DNA from: Octopus sinensis
Taxonomy: Eukaryota
Reading direction: 5' to 3'
Assembly (NCBI RefSeq): GCF_006345805.1
Contig: NC_043005.1
Span: 31,930,001 to 31,994,000 of the forward strand
Length of the DNA: 64,000 nucleotides
The position numbers and the translations under genes were made by a program. Position 1 is the stretch's first letter. Each line of letters opens with the position of its first letter. Shown here one piece after another: positions 51,107-64,000 of the stretch. The notes beneath the pieces are model-generated. The model ran no database searches, was not told the origin of the DNA, and saw only the letters and a list, made by a program, of their open reading frames with translations.

Positions 51107-51719
51107 CTGAACAAGACCAGTATTTGATATTTAGCACATTTTAGCTAATATGGACAGATGGTGGATAGCAGACATCAGACAAGACACAGTAGGTGGCAGT
51201 CAGTAGACAGTAGCAGAACCAGCAGCTAGCTAAAACACTGTCACAACACAAAAACAATGGACAGATGGCAACAGCAACACACAAGAATCAGCTAGCATCA
51301 AGAGACTCACAACAGTGACTACTATCATACCTAGTCCAAAAACAATGAAATGACATTGTTTTTTTGTTTATGATAAAAATAAATACTTATCATAAATCTC
51401 AAACAGATTTCAGTCATCTTTATCATAACAAGTGGCTTCCCCATGACCTGACATCTAAAGAACCTTTCCTAGTCTCAACTCCCAGCATCATTTCAGAGAT
51501 GAAATGTCTTTCCTTTTGAACCACCTACAACATCATCAATGCCAACTGAAGTTTCCTTATTCCTCTTTGTGCAGACCTTATGCAACCCCTCAAAAAAAAA
51601 CCAGCCTATCACTTTTGATGATACAGAGTCTGTGGCCTTTAATGAAATCACCATGATGGTTTATCTGAAGCCTAATACACCACTCTCCAAGGGAAATTTG
51701 GCACATTGATTTCATATCC

Positions 51720-53050
51720 CAATACCAGTCTCACTAGCTGTATTGCAAAACTGATGGAATCGTGTGTCAGAGAAACACTCTGGAACTTCTGGAGCTCTCA
51801 CAGTCTCATCCGACCCTCACAATATGGATTTGTCCCTAACTCCAGCTGCAGTGACCAGCTTGTCGAGTTCCTTGAGGACATTACTCAGATCACTGACAGT
51901 GGCTCATGGGTGGATGTTGTCTACCTTGACTTTGCTAAGGCTTTCAACTCTGTGCCACACAAAAGGCTTATGGTGAAACTCTCTGCAATGGGTGTGGGGG
52001 ATGACCTTTTTAATTGGTTGAAATCCTTCATCCTCAGCCGAAAGGAGGTAGTCACAGTTCTAGGACAGCACTCTACACCATATGAGATGTCATCGGGTGT
52101 ACCACAGGGATCTGTCCTTGGTCCCCTCCTGTTTGTGGCATACATTAATGACATAGATGCCAATTTAAAGAATGCCACAGTATTGAAATATGCAGACGAC
52201 ATCAAGCTGTACCTTGAAATCAAGAGGACTGATCCTGATGTCTACAACTCTTTCCTGCAATCAGACCTAGACACAATGCAGCAATGGATCACAGACTGGC
52301 AACTGAAACTGGCTGTGGACAAGTGTACCACCATGCATTTTGGGAGAAAAAACCCTGCGTCCACATACTCCCTCCACAACACTGATATCAAGAAATCCTC
52401 TTGCGAGCGTGACCTAGGCATCACTGTCAGCAGTGATTTGCGTTGGACAAAGCATATCTCTAAAATTGTCAAGAAGGCCGAGGGTGTCTTGGCATCACTC
52501 AGCAAGACTTTTGTTAGCCGCTCTCCAGCCATCTATTTAAAACTGTATACAGCTATGGTATGACCACACTTGGAATTCGCATCATCAGTTTGGAATCCCT
52601 ATCTTGCTCAGAACATTGACCTCCTGGAATCTGTCCAGAGACGTGCAACCAAACGCATATCCTCCATCAGACACCTACCATATTCTGAGCGCCTTGTTTC
52701 CCTGGGCATGGATTCACTGAAGCTCCGGCGTCTGGCGACGGACTTGGTAAACACCCACAAGGTTATCAACCACCTCACCAACAACAACACTGAACACCTT
52801 TTTGATCTCCATGTGTCTAACACACGTGGACATGCCTACAAAGTCAGAAAACAGCACAGCTCCCATGACTTTCGGAAACATTTTTTCACGCTCAGGGTTG
52901 CTGAAGCGTGGAATAAACTGCCTGCATCAGTTGTTGACTGCCATGACACTGCATCCTTTAAGGCCCTCATGCTTCCCGAAATCCGTCGAAACTACACCTG
53001 ATTATATATACACTTTAGATGAGTTGTAGTGCACCTGAGCACTGTACACA

Positions 53051-53080
<30 letters not shown>
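51720..53080 (+). mobile_element. Young 5'-truncated CR1-like LINE (RT)
   Basis: VVYLDFAKAFNSVPH, SGVPQGSVLGPLLF, KYADDIKL, ERDLGI. A single CGA>TGA stop at 52561; (TTA)n tail. Confidence 0.95.
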
Positions 53081-53083
<3 letters not shown>

Positions 53084-54430
53084 CACATTAAAGGCTCAGA
53101 TAATTCTGCTACCAACTCGCTTTTTCACACCCACATTGTATTACACACAGGTGCCTTTACCAACATCCAAGAGTTAGCCACTGACCCAGAAAATGATGAA
53201 GAATTAAAACTCTGAAATGCTTCCTCTTCTCTCTCTTTCAAACTTCCTCGACCCTCTTCCCCTGGTTATGTTTGATGCAACATTTCTATGGCTCATGAAC
53301 ATCCCTATATTCCAAAGAAGCACAGACATTTGGGTTTTTTCTGCTCAGCACAATCTATCACATACTGGAGCAAATTCTACTCTGAAGCTGGTCACTGCCC
53401 AATTTATGTGGGCTGATGTAAACAAAGATGTCAGGGACTGAGCCAAGAGTTGCGTCCCTTGTCAGAAGGTGAAAGTTCACCAAATTAAATCATCTCTGGG
53501 AACTTTCTCAACATCCGATGCATGGTTTCAGCATGTGCATATTGTCATTGCCGGACCACTGCTACAGCCTCAAAATTGCACACACCTCTTGACCTGTGTG
53601 GATCGCTTTTCTCAATAGCCTTAAGCCATCCCTCTTCAAGATACCACAGCAGAAACAATAGCTAATGTTCTACTTCAACATTAGATCGCATGTTTTGGTA
53701 CACCTGCTACCATTACAACAGACAGAAGATGTCAGTTCAAATCTAATCTTTTCTCAGAATTGACATGCCTCTTAGATTGTAAAAGATCTACAACGTTTTA
53801 CCATCCTGCAACCAGCAGTATGGTGGAACAGTTCTACTGACAACTGAAGCCCAATCTTAGAGCTTACTCCAACAACAGCAACTAGTTGAATTACCTATTC
53901 TTCATTATTCTTAGAATTCATTCTACTGTTAAAGAAGAAATTGGTGCTAGTCTGGCCAAAATGAAATATAGCACAGTACTTACTTTACTTGATAACTCCT
54001 GTTGCACTTAAGGATTCTTCAGACCCAGCAAACTACATTCATCACTTGTGGGACTACAGGTCAAGTTTTCAATCTATTGTTCTACATTCTCAGAATGTGA
54101 CCACCAATTATCCATCAGATATTCAACAATGGTCTCATGTTTTTATGTGGAACTATGCTATTCAATCTCCACTTCAAGTACCATATTCAGGGCTCTTCAA
54201 AGATCTCTACAGAATGTCAAAGTATTTTGTCCTGGATATCAATGGTAGAAAAGACTCAGTCAGCATTAACTGCCTAAAGAAGACTTCACATGGAGTCTAA
54301 AACATCAACTCCCCCACTTGATGTGACAACGTCAGCACATACATCAACTGATACTTCCACATCTGCTCCAGTGACAACAATGTGATCGGGTTAGTGAGTG
54401 CACTGGCCATCTCACTTTGGGCAGCACAGT
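53081..54430 (+). mobile_element. Degenerate Gypsy/Ty3 integrase region (element split by the CR1; upstream remnant ~51400-51715)
   Basis: HIKGSDN, HNLSHTG..CVPCQ (HHCC), LTCVDRFS, ITTDR, YHP, PLQVPYSG (GPY/F-like). Confidence 0.85.
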
Positions 54431-55419
54431 ACATAACATAAAAAGAGAAAAGAATGCTACAGTCTTTGTATTTTTGTATTTCCTTCTTTGTTCACACACA
54501 TACATCTGAATACATATACATCACACACACTGTAACATGCACAACATACACATAGACACTTATAAACACATTCATTACTAACAGTATACACAAAATTACT
54601 ATGGTTAAAAGACACCAGCCTACTTCAGCTGCTTATGTTCCTAAGCTTGGAAAAAGCCAAAGTGGTCCATAGTATCAACCAACTGGTATTCAATTCAAAT
54701 GCACATATACAAATACACAAATGCACATGAATATGCAACTCCTGACCCACTGATAGATTATACACCAACTCACTGAATACACATCATTATGTATGAGTCA
54801 CTCGCTCAGACACACATTTAGCTGCAATTATCTGGCTCCTCATACATTCATGTATTCTCATCAAATCTTCTTCCAAAGGACTTTTACAATTATACTCTAG
54901 CTTAACATTTAACCATGATTCTAATTTTTCTTGCATATTGTTCTTTTTGTAACTTTCTTTTCTCATTCTTGGGGCTTTGCAAATCTTCATGAATAAGACA
55001 GCACTGCATTGAGCATGGATATGTTTTTTGATACTACTTTCAGTTAAATTACTTGCTTACTGTCTATGCAATTTAACATCTTAGTCTTGCATTCACCCTT
55101 TTCTGATGCATGTTCCTTTACACACTTCACATTTGTAATTCTTGCACTTTTCTTATTTCATTCAATTCACCATGAATGAACATACATATTTATATAGGCA
55201 ATTATGTGGATAAACAAATTAGATATATGAAATATAATAGTTTGGGTATAAAATACAAAATGTGTATACATGTATACATGCAAAACGAGAGAAAACAAAA
55301 ACTAGAGACTTTCAGACAATGAATATTTAAGTATAAATATATAGATATTTATATTAATAGATCCAACTTACACAAAGTACAAACGACAGAGAAAATTAAA
55401 GGGGTGGAAGAAAGGTGTT

Positions 55420-57000
55420 ATAAGTCCAACAACTGTTTATGGAGACTCAGGGATCCATCATAATATTGGTAGATGTAGTTCATCACAATATATGACCCTG
55501 ATGGAAACAATCAACATTGGGTAAGATGAGCCTCCATTATCAGGGTAGAAAATATGTAACATTTCAGATCTTAATGTATAGAAGTTCAAAGATGGAATGC
55601 TCAAATGTGGAGAGCAAGCTATATTAGAGGTGAGAAGTAGGAGGCTCAATGGGGTTATGGAAAGTGTTAAGGTATGGTGAGCAGAGAGAAGAGAGCTAGT
55701 TTAGGAAGAGGGAAGGAGTTAATAATGAGGGTATTAAAGGAGGTGGGAGTAGAGGTAGAGGGTTAGGAGATGAATGGGAGAAGTAGGATTGATAGCAATT
55801 GAAAAGTAGCCAGTTGTGTTTGGTTTGTGTTTAGGTGACAAAGTTTAGGAAGTTGAGATAGTGAGAAAAGGAATGGTAATTATTTGAGGGAGGGAAAGTG
55901 TCTAATTCAGTGACTGAGGGAGACAACTAAGGTATGAGAGAAGATAGAGGGAGGTGAACAGAGTGATTAATACAATAATGAATGTGGGTTGGCAATGGAG
56001 GGGGAGTACTGAGGTATGCAGAAGAGTGTGAAATTGAATAGAGAGAGAGGGGGGTTGAAAGGTTAGTATCTAATTGAGTGGGATAGTTTTAAGTGCTTTT
56101 GGTTGAAGAGGAGAAATGAGAGAACCAGGAAAGAGTACCATTTGTGAGGATGGGGAGGCTGTGAGGGAGATGGAATGTAGTGAGTAAGAGGAATTTGTAA
56201 AGGTAATCATGAGAAGGAATAATTTAGTGGGGAGGGTGGTATTAGTGGAGGGGGTAAGTTGCTAGGCTGACCTTGTCATACCTCAAGGTTAATTAAAATT
56301 AGGGATTATTATTATTGTGAGTTTATATAGATTTAATAAAATGAGCAAATGATGAGTAGAACCTGTGTTTACAAGAGAGTATTACATCTGAGAATCTATT
56401 AAGTAATGAAAGGTTGTGGTTGCGAAGGATGGTTAATAATTCCCTTTAGCACAATTTAGAAATACCAATGTTAGCATTGTGTAGGGGAGCCTCACTTACG
56501 ATGGACCAGGATAGGGTATAAGGAACGGTTTGGTATTTGAGGTTGCTAAGGCGGTAAATAATTTAAAGCTTGGATTGGAAAAAGAGTTCATATGCACTTG
56601 GCAGCAACACTTGAAATCAAAAGTGCTGCAAATATACACCCTTGCTTGTTGGGAGCATAGTGTTATAACACAGCACTTGTAGATTTGAGACACCTGACAA
56701 GTGCAAGTTTGCCTATCTGCTCTGCAGTTGGAGTTTATCACTGGGGAGGTCAAGTTCCAATGGTCCATTATCAGTAAAGAACTGGAGGTATAATTGGTAT
56801 CAGTATTGGATTAGGAGGGGGGTATCACTGCTAGCATATGTGGTCATATGAGAAGTATTATGGGAAGATGCCTTGAGTCTGTTATTATTTAGTCTTGGTG
56901 GGGGTCACTAAGGGTGGTATCATTTCCACTAGGTGGGTTATTTCTACTAGGTGGGTGCAGTGGGACAAATTGTAGGTTCTAAGGGCTGGCGTTGTAGTTT
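55420..57000 (-). mobile_element. Highly decayed Penelope-like element
   Basis: Remnants such as KPFLIPYPG and VIYC, plus a decayed hammerhead-like end near 55425-55465. Confidence 0.4.
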
Positions 57001-57099
57001 GCATTTGTTAGAGGAGGTTGTTTGTAGTGATTCACAGCACTTCTCCACTGATTGGATGATCCATTTGTCCTCATTCTATTAAAATAAAGAACCATTTCC

Positions 57100-57450
57100 T
57101 TAGTGTTTCTTCAACAAATCCATTGGGATTTCTATTAGCCTCATTCAATTGATGCCACTAAGTTGATGCAGATAGTTTTTAACACTTGATTTGGATATTT
57201 GGAGAATAGCTGCAATCAACCTGGTCATATAACAGAGGTTGGTGTTGCTGTTAATTTTTGTTGATTAGCCAGATTGAAGTGCATCTGGAACTGAAAAATT
57301 TCCCAATTCAAATCTTGAAAATCATTTAAACTTCAAACACAGCACCTATTTTTCAGCAGTTTTCCATCACTTTTTAGCTTTTTTTAAAATATAAAAATAT
57401 GAAATGTTGATAATGTTTGTTTTGGTTCTCCATCTTCAGGGTAAGCCCAA
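57100..57450 (-). mobile_element. Mariner 5' remnant
   Basis: RFELGNFSV.D..SG, IAAILQISKSSV..HL (HTH). Confidence 0.55.
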
Positions 57451-57737
57451 GCACACATAATACAACCTGTCTCGTTGCAAATTTATGCTGAACTATGTTG
57501 ACATGTCAAGTATCTAATGAGAGCACATGCACAAGAGACAAACTGAAGTTAGCTACTTATTAAAGCGCTTGAAGTTTGTGAATCACATATATATGCTTCC
57601 CAACCAGATGATGTTTAGACCCACAGTATAACATCTTGGGTATGTGTCTACAACTATAGCTCATAGCTGACCAAAGCCTTGTGAGTCTATATAGTAGTCA
57701 GAAACTGACAGAAATCTGTTCTGCATTTGTATGTATG

Positions 57738-57767
<30 letters not shown>

Positions 57768-57773
<6 letters not shown>

Positions 57774-58000
57774 AGAGCAACGAGTTCAGTGAAGAATTCT
57801 GGGTGGAGGTAGGGGTCCATGAACGTTCAGTCCTTAGCCCCCTCCTATTTATCCTAGTCCTCCAGGCAATAACAGAGGAATTCAAGACAGCATGCCCCTG
57901 GGAGCTCCTCTATGCTGACGACCTTGCTCTAATTGCTGAGTCACTATCAGAACTAGAGGAGAAGTTTCAGATGTGGAAACAAGGATTAGAATTGAAGTGG
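57768..58000 (+). mobile_element. RTE RT fragment
   Basis: VGVHERSVLSPLLFI..PWELLYADDLAL. Confidence 0.85.
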
Positions 58001-58039
58001 CCGGGATAAACTACCTACATCAACTTGCTATAAAAGCAG

Positions 58040-59173
58040 GTAGTAATTTTACCATGTACTTATTCTTAGTGCAAGTTTTGAAAAGTGCAGTTCAATTTTA
58101 ACAGTTATTTTTTCAAAGCTATAATGGAAATGACAAAGGACCATATTCAGCATATTTTGCTTTATGAGTTCAATAAAGGCAACAACGCAATGGAAAGTGC
58201 AGGGAATATTAATGCAGTATATGGGGAGCGGACAATAAGCATAAGCCAGTGTCAATAATGGTTCCAGAAATTTTGAGCTGGAAAGAACAGCCTAGAAGAT
58301 GAGCCTCATCCTGGAAGATCTGTTGAGGATGTTCTGGTGGAACAAAATCCCATCATCAGAGAAGCTTGGATTTGGTCATTCAACCATTCATTGACACCTG
58401 CATGCCATCAGAAAAGTCAGAAAATTGGGTCAATAGGTTCCTCACAGACTTTCCGAGTCTAATCGCATGCAGAGAGTGAATGTGTGATCTCTTTGCTGTC
58501 ATGTCTCATGAATAAAACTTTTTTGGGCCAAATAGTGGCTGGTGACAAGAAATGAGTTCACTATAAAAAGGTCACGTGCCAAAGACTGGGTAAGAAAAGG
58601 AGAAACACCGGCATCCCAGGCTAAAGATGGTCATCACCCATGTAAGCTGTTGTTATCCATTTGGTGGGATATGAAAGGTTTAGTCCACTTTGAACTTTTA
58701 AACCTAAACCAAATAATAACAAAGGAAATCTACTGTGAGCAGCTTGAGCAGCTTAAATCAGTGCTAGAGGGAAAATGACCATCTTTGATTTCAAGACAAA
58801 AGGTTTTCTTTGATTAGGGTAATGCATGCTCAACCACATACAGCGAGGATGACATTCTAAAGGCTTGAGCAGTTTGAATGGGAAACAGTGCCCCACCCAC
58901 CATATTCACCATCTGATTATCATTTAATCCACAGTTCTCAAAATCATTTGGACAGAAAAATATGAATTCTGTAGACAAGGTTAGAACAGTACTGGAGGAG
59001 TATTTTTCATCACAGACAAGTAAATTTTGGAAGAGGAGCCTTGCAAGTCTACCAGATCGAAGAGCATTGTAGAAAATGAACAAGAGTACATTTTAGATTA
59101 AAAAATAACTTTGTTTACCTTAATTTTGAAAAATAAAAGAAGTATAAAAAAATTATTTATGGGATGACCCAAT
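58040..59173 (+). mobile_element. Degenerate mariner transposon
   Basis: HILLYEFNKG, VAGDKK, KLLLSIWWDMKG, HPPYSPSD. Terminal TTTATGGGATGACCCAATA. Confidence 0.88.
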
Positions 59174-59835
59174 ATATACAAACATATGTACACATGTATG
59201 TTTGTATGTATATATGTGTGCACTAGCATAGCTAGCGGGTGGTAGAGGTGGTCCACCCAGGATAGCACTTTTAAATCGGTACCACTTTTGGGTCTGCTGT
59301 AGCCAATATGTGTTTTTTTTTGTTGGGTCCAGGGGCAGTAAACAGAAGGGCCACCCTGGTCAGCACACACTCAAGCTATGCTAGTGTATGTGTGTATGCA
59401 TATATACATGTATGTATGTATGCAAGCATGTATGTTTTTCTTTGAGATGCACCAAAGTTTATCTTAATAGAGTTCAAATAGAGTAACAAACTGACAAGTC
59501 TTTTTTGAGTTGTCAGTTCCTAGTTTCTGTAAACATGTGGCTAAGTTAGTGTGTGCATATATGTAGGTGTATGCACCTGCACTTCTGTTCTCTGTGAATA
59601 TGTCTCTTTAGTGATTACATGTTTGTTTGAGTGTGTGTGTGTTTGTGTGTGTGGTCCTAGGTAAGTTTCAACTGAATGGCCACCTGTGCAGTAGCAATAT
59701 TGTAAAGAAATGCGGGGGAGGGTTATGGCAATTCTTTTTGTCATCTTTTGTACACTCATTTACTATTTAAATGTTTAAAATACAGTTCTTTATTGTCCCA
59801 GCTATCATGATAATCTGTAGCATATGAATTATATA

Positions 59836-60005
59836 TGTATGTATGCATGTATGTATGTATGTATGTATGTATGTATGTATGTATGTATGTATGTATGTAT
59901 GTATGTATGTATGTATGTATGTATGTATGTATGTATGTATGTATGTATGTATGTATGCACGTACGCATGTATGTATGTATATATGTATGTATGTATGTAT
60001 GTATG
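59836..60005. repeat. (TATG)n microsatellite
   Basis: Read directly; source of the spurious MYVC ORFs. Confidence 0.95.
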
Positions 60006-60107
60006 CATTTATATATATGTATCCATCCAGCTATATATCTATCTCTTTTCCACTGTTCTCCACTTCTCTGTGTTGGTGTGTGTGTGTGTGGGTGTTTGCA
60101 TGTGTGA

Positions 60108-60142
<35 letters not shown>

Positions 60143-60164
60143 AAGATAATATTACTTTTTTGTC

Positions 60165-60650
60165 ATAACATGAGTCAACGCACTCCCTTCAAATTATAGT
60201 GCCATAAGGCTCGCCACATTGCTAATGCCTTGCAATCTCGCCACAAGCCTGATTTTATGCATCCAGGCCACTACTTTGCCCTCACCATTAAAGGGTCTGA
60301 TAACATCACTAGCGATCCTGATTTTAGCTGCCATCGTGGTGACGTCTTATGTGGAGCGCCGAAATAGCTTGTGGTGTATGTGGGAGATTTGAAGTAAAGA
60401 CACCTACCTTCTCTTTGTCGACGCAGACCTCTCTGGTGGTAATGCACCCTTCCACGTGGCCCGACCTGAACACTTAAAATAGCAGTTGCTTTTCCCTTAC
60501 CTTGTCGAAGTGCTCACACATCCAACACTGTTAGCTACCCCAATCGAAAAGGCCCAATTGTCCCCTGCCTGCGCGTGTGTCACTCTTGCGCCCTTCCTCT
60601 TCCAGTCAGCTCCCCAGCTGCTGACGTTATCCCACAGTGATTAAATCTCC
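60165..60650 (-). mobile_element. LTR retrotransposon gag start and 5' region
   Basis: RPFNGEGKVVAWMHKIRLVARLQGISNVASLMAL*FEGSAL, a gag-like N-terminus. Confidence 0.5.
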
Positions 60651-61056
60651 AACAACCAGCTTTCACCTCTTCTACTCATGTTTTCTTTGGTTGTCCTCTG
60701 TTACAGTTTCTTTTCATTTAGATCACTGGGAACTTATTTACCCAGTTGATATCCTCCATACACATCACATGTTAACCTGCAATACAATCTTCTCTCTCTT
60801 ATACTACAGCTGATTCCTCTTATACCCAGTTTTTGTTAAATCATTTATGTTCCATGGCTCACGTCTTCTTACATTTCACTTTCAGGAAAGTATACTCACT
60901 ACATTTATTTTCAGATATCTTTTACATTCAAGGCTCATGTTTCATTACTATCTAACATCATACAATCTACCCTTCACTCACAGATAGAATTCCCAACAGA
61001 GTTAACACTTTGAGCACCCTGAACTTTTTCCACCCTTTATTTTTCAGATTTTTATA

Positions 61057-63250
61057 TGTAGGGAATACGACCATACGTAAGGAGTTGGTGACAAATGTCT
61101 CCTTTTGAATGCCGCACGGTCTCCCCTAACAAGATAAGAAGCCAAATACATGATATAAAATACAGTGCCAAAAGGAATGGATGAAGGACGACAACCATTC
61201 TACTGTTTGAGAGAGAAGAAGACTTTATTTACAAAGTGTACAAAGAGAATGAGTGTGAGTGCTAGAAAAGTGTAGTGTCTGGATGCATGCGACAAGTGTT
61301 TGTGTCTGTGTGTTCGTGTATGCGACAGAAGGTGAATGTGTATACAACAGAATACAGAGTATAAGATACGTTTCTGAACATATTGAGTTAAGATGGAATT
61401 TGTTTATCAGTTCGTAAGTGAGGTACACAATAGCAAGTTCTATAACAAGATGTTGTGGACATGAGGTAGAGGCCGATTGGGCACGTGTCGTGCATCGGTT
61501 GGGGCTTCAATGCCGTGCCAAGTCTCTTGATACAGAAAGTTCTTCCAGGTTGACTGCAACTGTTTTACCTCGGTGAAACATTCACAAACAGCGTGGAGTT
61601 TAGTCCTGGACGATGTTGATGTGTACATATTGCTGAAGTCGACAGAGATGGAGACAACGATGGTGATGACAGCGGTGGAGATGGAGAATATCCTGTCTGT
61701 CGCTGGTGTAAGTTAGTGTCGTCATGGCTGGAGCAGAAGCATATTGGCTGGCTGGTTGTCTGTCACTGGAACTGGAACATGGCTGAGTAGCTCGGTGGTC
61801 AGTGACTAGACCTTAGGAAGACTGGACAGACATTTTGCAACTCTGAATCCATACAGAGTTCAATCCAGAACTGGGCCATATGGATATTAAACCAGAGAAC
61901 CCTGACCACCCCATAGGGCAGAAACCTACCACTTTGGTAGACAGAAGTGGAGAAGACAAGTATCTTGGTATGGCCACCCTTCTCATCTAATGTCAAAACT
62001 AATGTCGCCAGGAGTTTTATGTAGGTCTTCAAGAAAGCACTTCCTACACAGACTAAGAGCCATAACATTTATAACAAAACTGTATCAAGCTATCCTACAC
62101 CACCACACCAAACATGTTGAAGCTTGTTAAATATAATATGCCTGCTTCAGGTAGAGTCTGAGGTCACCCCTCAAGATAAGTCTGTAGCGGGCTGAAGTGA
62201 CATGCCATATCATGTCGATATGATGTAGCCAACTGCCAAATGTAGTGTATAGATGTATAGTTTGAAGGTTCTTGCATCGGAGTAACCAGTAAACATCGAA
62301 GAGTCAACACCAAGAAGGAAGAAATATTATTTACATATATTTATTTGTTTGCCCAACATGTAGTTAGAGATACAGCAATAATTGTAGTGGCAGTGACAAC
62401 AAGTTCGCTTGCTGGTTGGTAGTTGATATTGTAGAGGTTGCTGTTTGCCAGTAGAGAGGGAAAGAGTAAGGAATGCACAGTGCTGACTAGAAAGGAAGAA
62501 AGGATAAAGGTGGCATTGTCTTTCTTGCGACCAAAGGCTTCTCTTCTTATGTTGAGTGAAGGGCAAAAGTAAAGTGCTGCTATTGGTCATGGCTGATGCA
62601 AAAGAGGAAAAGATAAGAAATGCTCTCTATTATATAAACTACGGTCAGTAATGTAGGTCAAACCTTAAAAAATGACTGACCTTTCCTTGACCAGTACAGG
62701 TCCTTGGGAGTCAAGTGTTTCCCCATCAATCATCTGGTGTGGAGAGGATTTCCCACTTGTTTTGACAAGCAACAAGCAGGTAGATTTGGTTTCAAATCTC
62801 AGGCAGGGCCAAGCGAGGTCCCTACAAATCTAATCAACATTGCACATACCCTAGTATCCACCCTGAGAGAACCCACAAGAGTAGGAAGGATCACGAGAAA
62901 GGTGAAACTTCTGGAAATTCCACAAATTTTATGTGGATCTTGACCCCACATTGCAGAGTACACCTACCAAACACGCATCCCACCACTGACTACTGATCTT
63001 GGGATCACTAAACAAAATTGGCTCCAAGCCTCCACTACATTAACACAACTGTCAAACCCTGCAGATTGCCCTCCTGGGCAGACAATACAGACATGAACGT
63101 ACAGTATAATTTTGAAGCAGTTAGACAACAATAGCAGAAAATTTTGTATAGGAGCCATAGTTAACCCTGTGAAACAACATATTTCTATGCATAGGCACTC
63201 CCTCCCCAACCAAGGACGTAAGCACTTCACCTTACTAGCTGAGTATACCC
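61057..63250 (-). mobile_element. Degenerate Gypsy integrase and 3' LTR-like end
   Basis: Frameshifted integrase-like remnants at 61800-63250; AATAAA-bearing LTR-like segment ~61057-61240. Confidence 0.5.
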
Positions 63251-64000
63251 ATAAAATGGATGATTCTAAGATTAGCTATAAATTGAATTGGTCGTAATTG
63301 GTTCATCTAAAACCTTACCAGAGAGGTAAGTGTCTTTGTGAATTATATATCAATGAAGGGTTGGAGATAATATTAGCTAATAGTAAACACATTCTTAGAT
63401 ATATCTACAAAATAAAACTTGAAATTTCTTTAAAAAATTGTTATTTGTATCAGTATGTATGTGTGCGCGGCCACAGATTTTTTTTTTTTCCATACCAAAT
63501 ACCGATATAATCGTTATCTTTACCACCTGAAAGGTATTTGTTGATAACCCTGTTTCTGAAAGTTACGAGGTGATAAAGTAGAATCGAGTGAATTTTCCGA
63601 AACTCTTTTCCCCGTCCTCGAAAAAATTTTTCACAACGAATTCCGATATAATCGAAATTTACACCATCTGGAGTGCATCTGAATAAATTTCATTTTAAAA
63701 TATCAATTTTTCTGGAACTTAACAGGACAGTCGGATGGCGGGAGCGGGAGGCACAATTGTGAAGGTATGCCTTATTATTATTATTATATGAATACACATT
63801 TCTATGTATTTTATACGTGTAGGAACATTTTAATGTTCATGTTTATGGCTCTAAAACCTTACACTTTTACTGCAACAATATTTGTATGTAGAAAAATATC
63901 TTCTTAACATCAATAGTGAGATTTTTCTAATGAAGTTAAAATTTGTTACATTAAGTGATAAAAAATAGCCATATTTTTAATATCATCGAGAATCAGTTCT

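Noticed and set aside
54787-54990. 67-aa minus-strand ORF
   Set aside because: No splice signals or recognisable homology.
59756-60199. MYVC/HTYI/CVCV-type ORFs here and at 11173-11706, 13091-13465 and 24564-25468
   Set aside because: Translations of (TATG)n and (CA)n microsatellites.

Overview
AT-rich, repeat-dense eukaryotic (animal) genomic DNA. The SINE/LINE content and the (CA)n, (TA)n, (TACA)n and (CAT)n microsatellites point to a coleoid cephalopod, probably Octopus (inference). The one confident gene is the 3' half of a + strand D-amino acid / D-aspartate oxidase (DAO/DDO) family gene: five coding exons at 11191-27258, ending in a peroxisomal PTS1 (-ARL*). Its 5' exons were not found and probably lie upstream of the window. 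Most of the rest is decayed transposons: Tc1/mariner, MULE, Tx1/L1, RTE, CR1, R4/Dong, Penelope-like, Gypsy, SINEs and MITEs. Main finds: two type I hammerhead ribozyme motifs (43172-43275, 43761-43855) beside a Penelope-like element; a permuted hammerhead-like motif in two non-coding repeats; a minus-strand TRP-channel-like exon set carrying only TGA/TAG in-frame stops; a ~215-bp-arm near-perfect inverted repeat; an ORF1-only (HAL1-like) Tx1 derivative; and unusual active-site residues in the oxidase. TE boundaries are approximate. Protein comparisons are from memory, not database searches.
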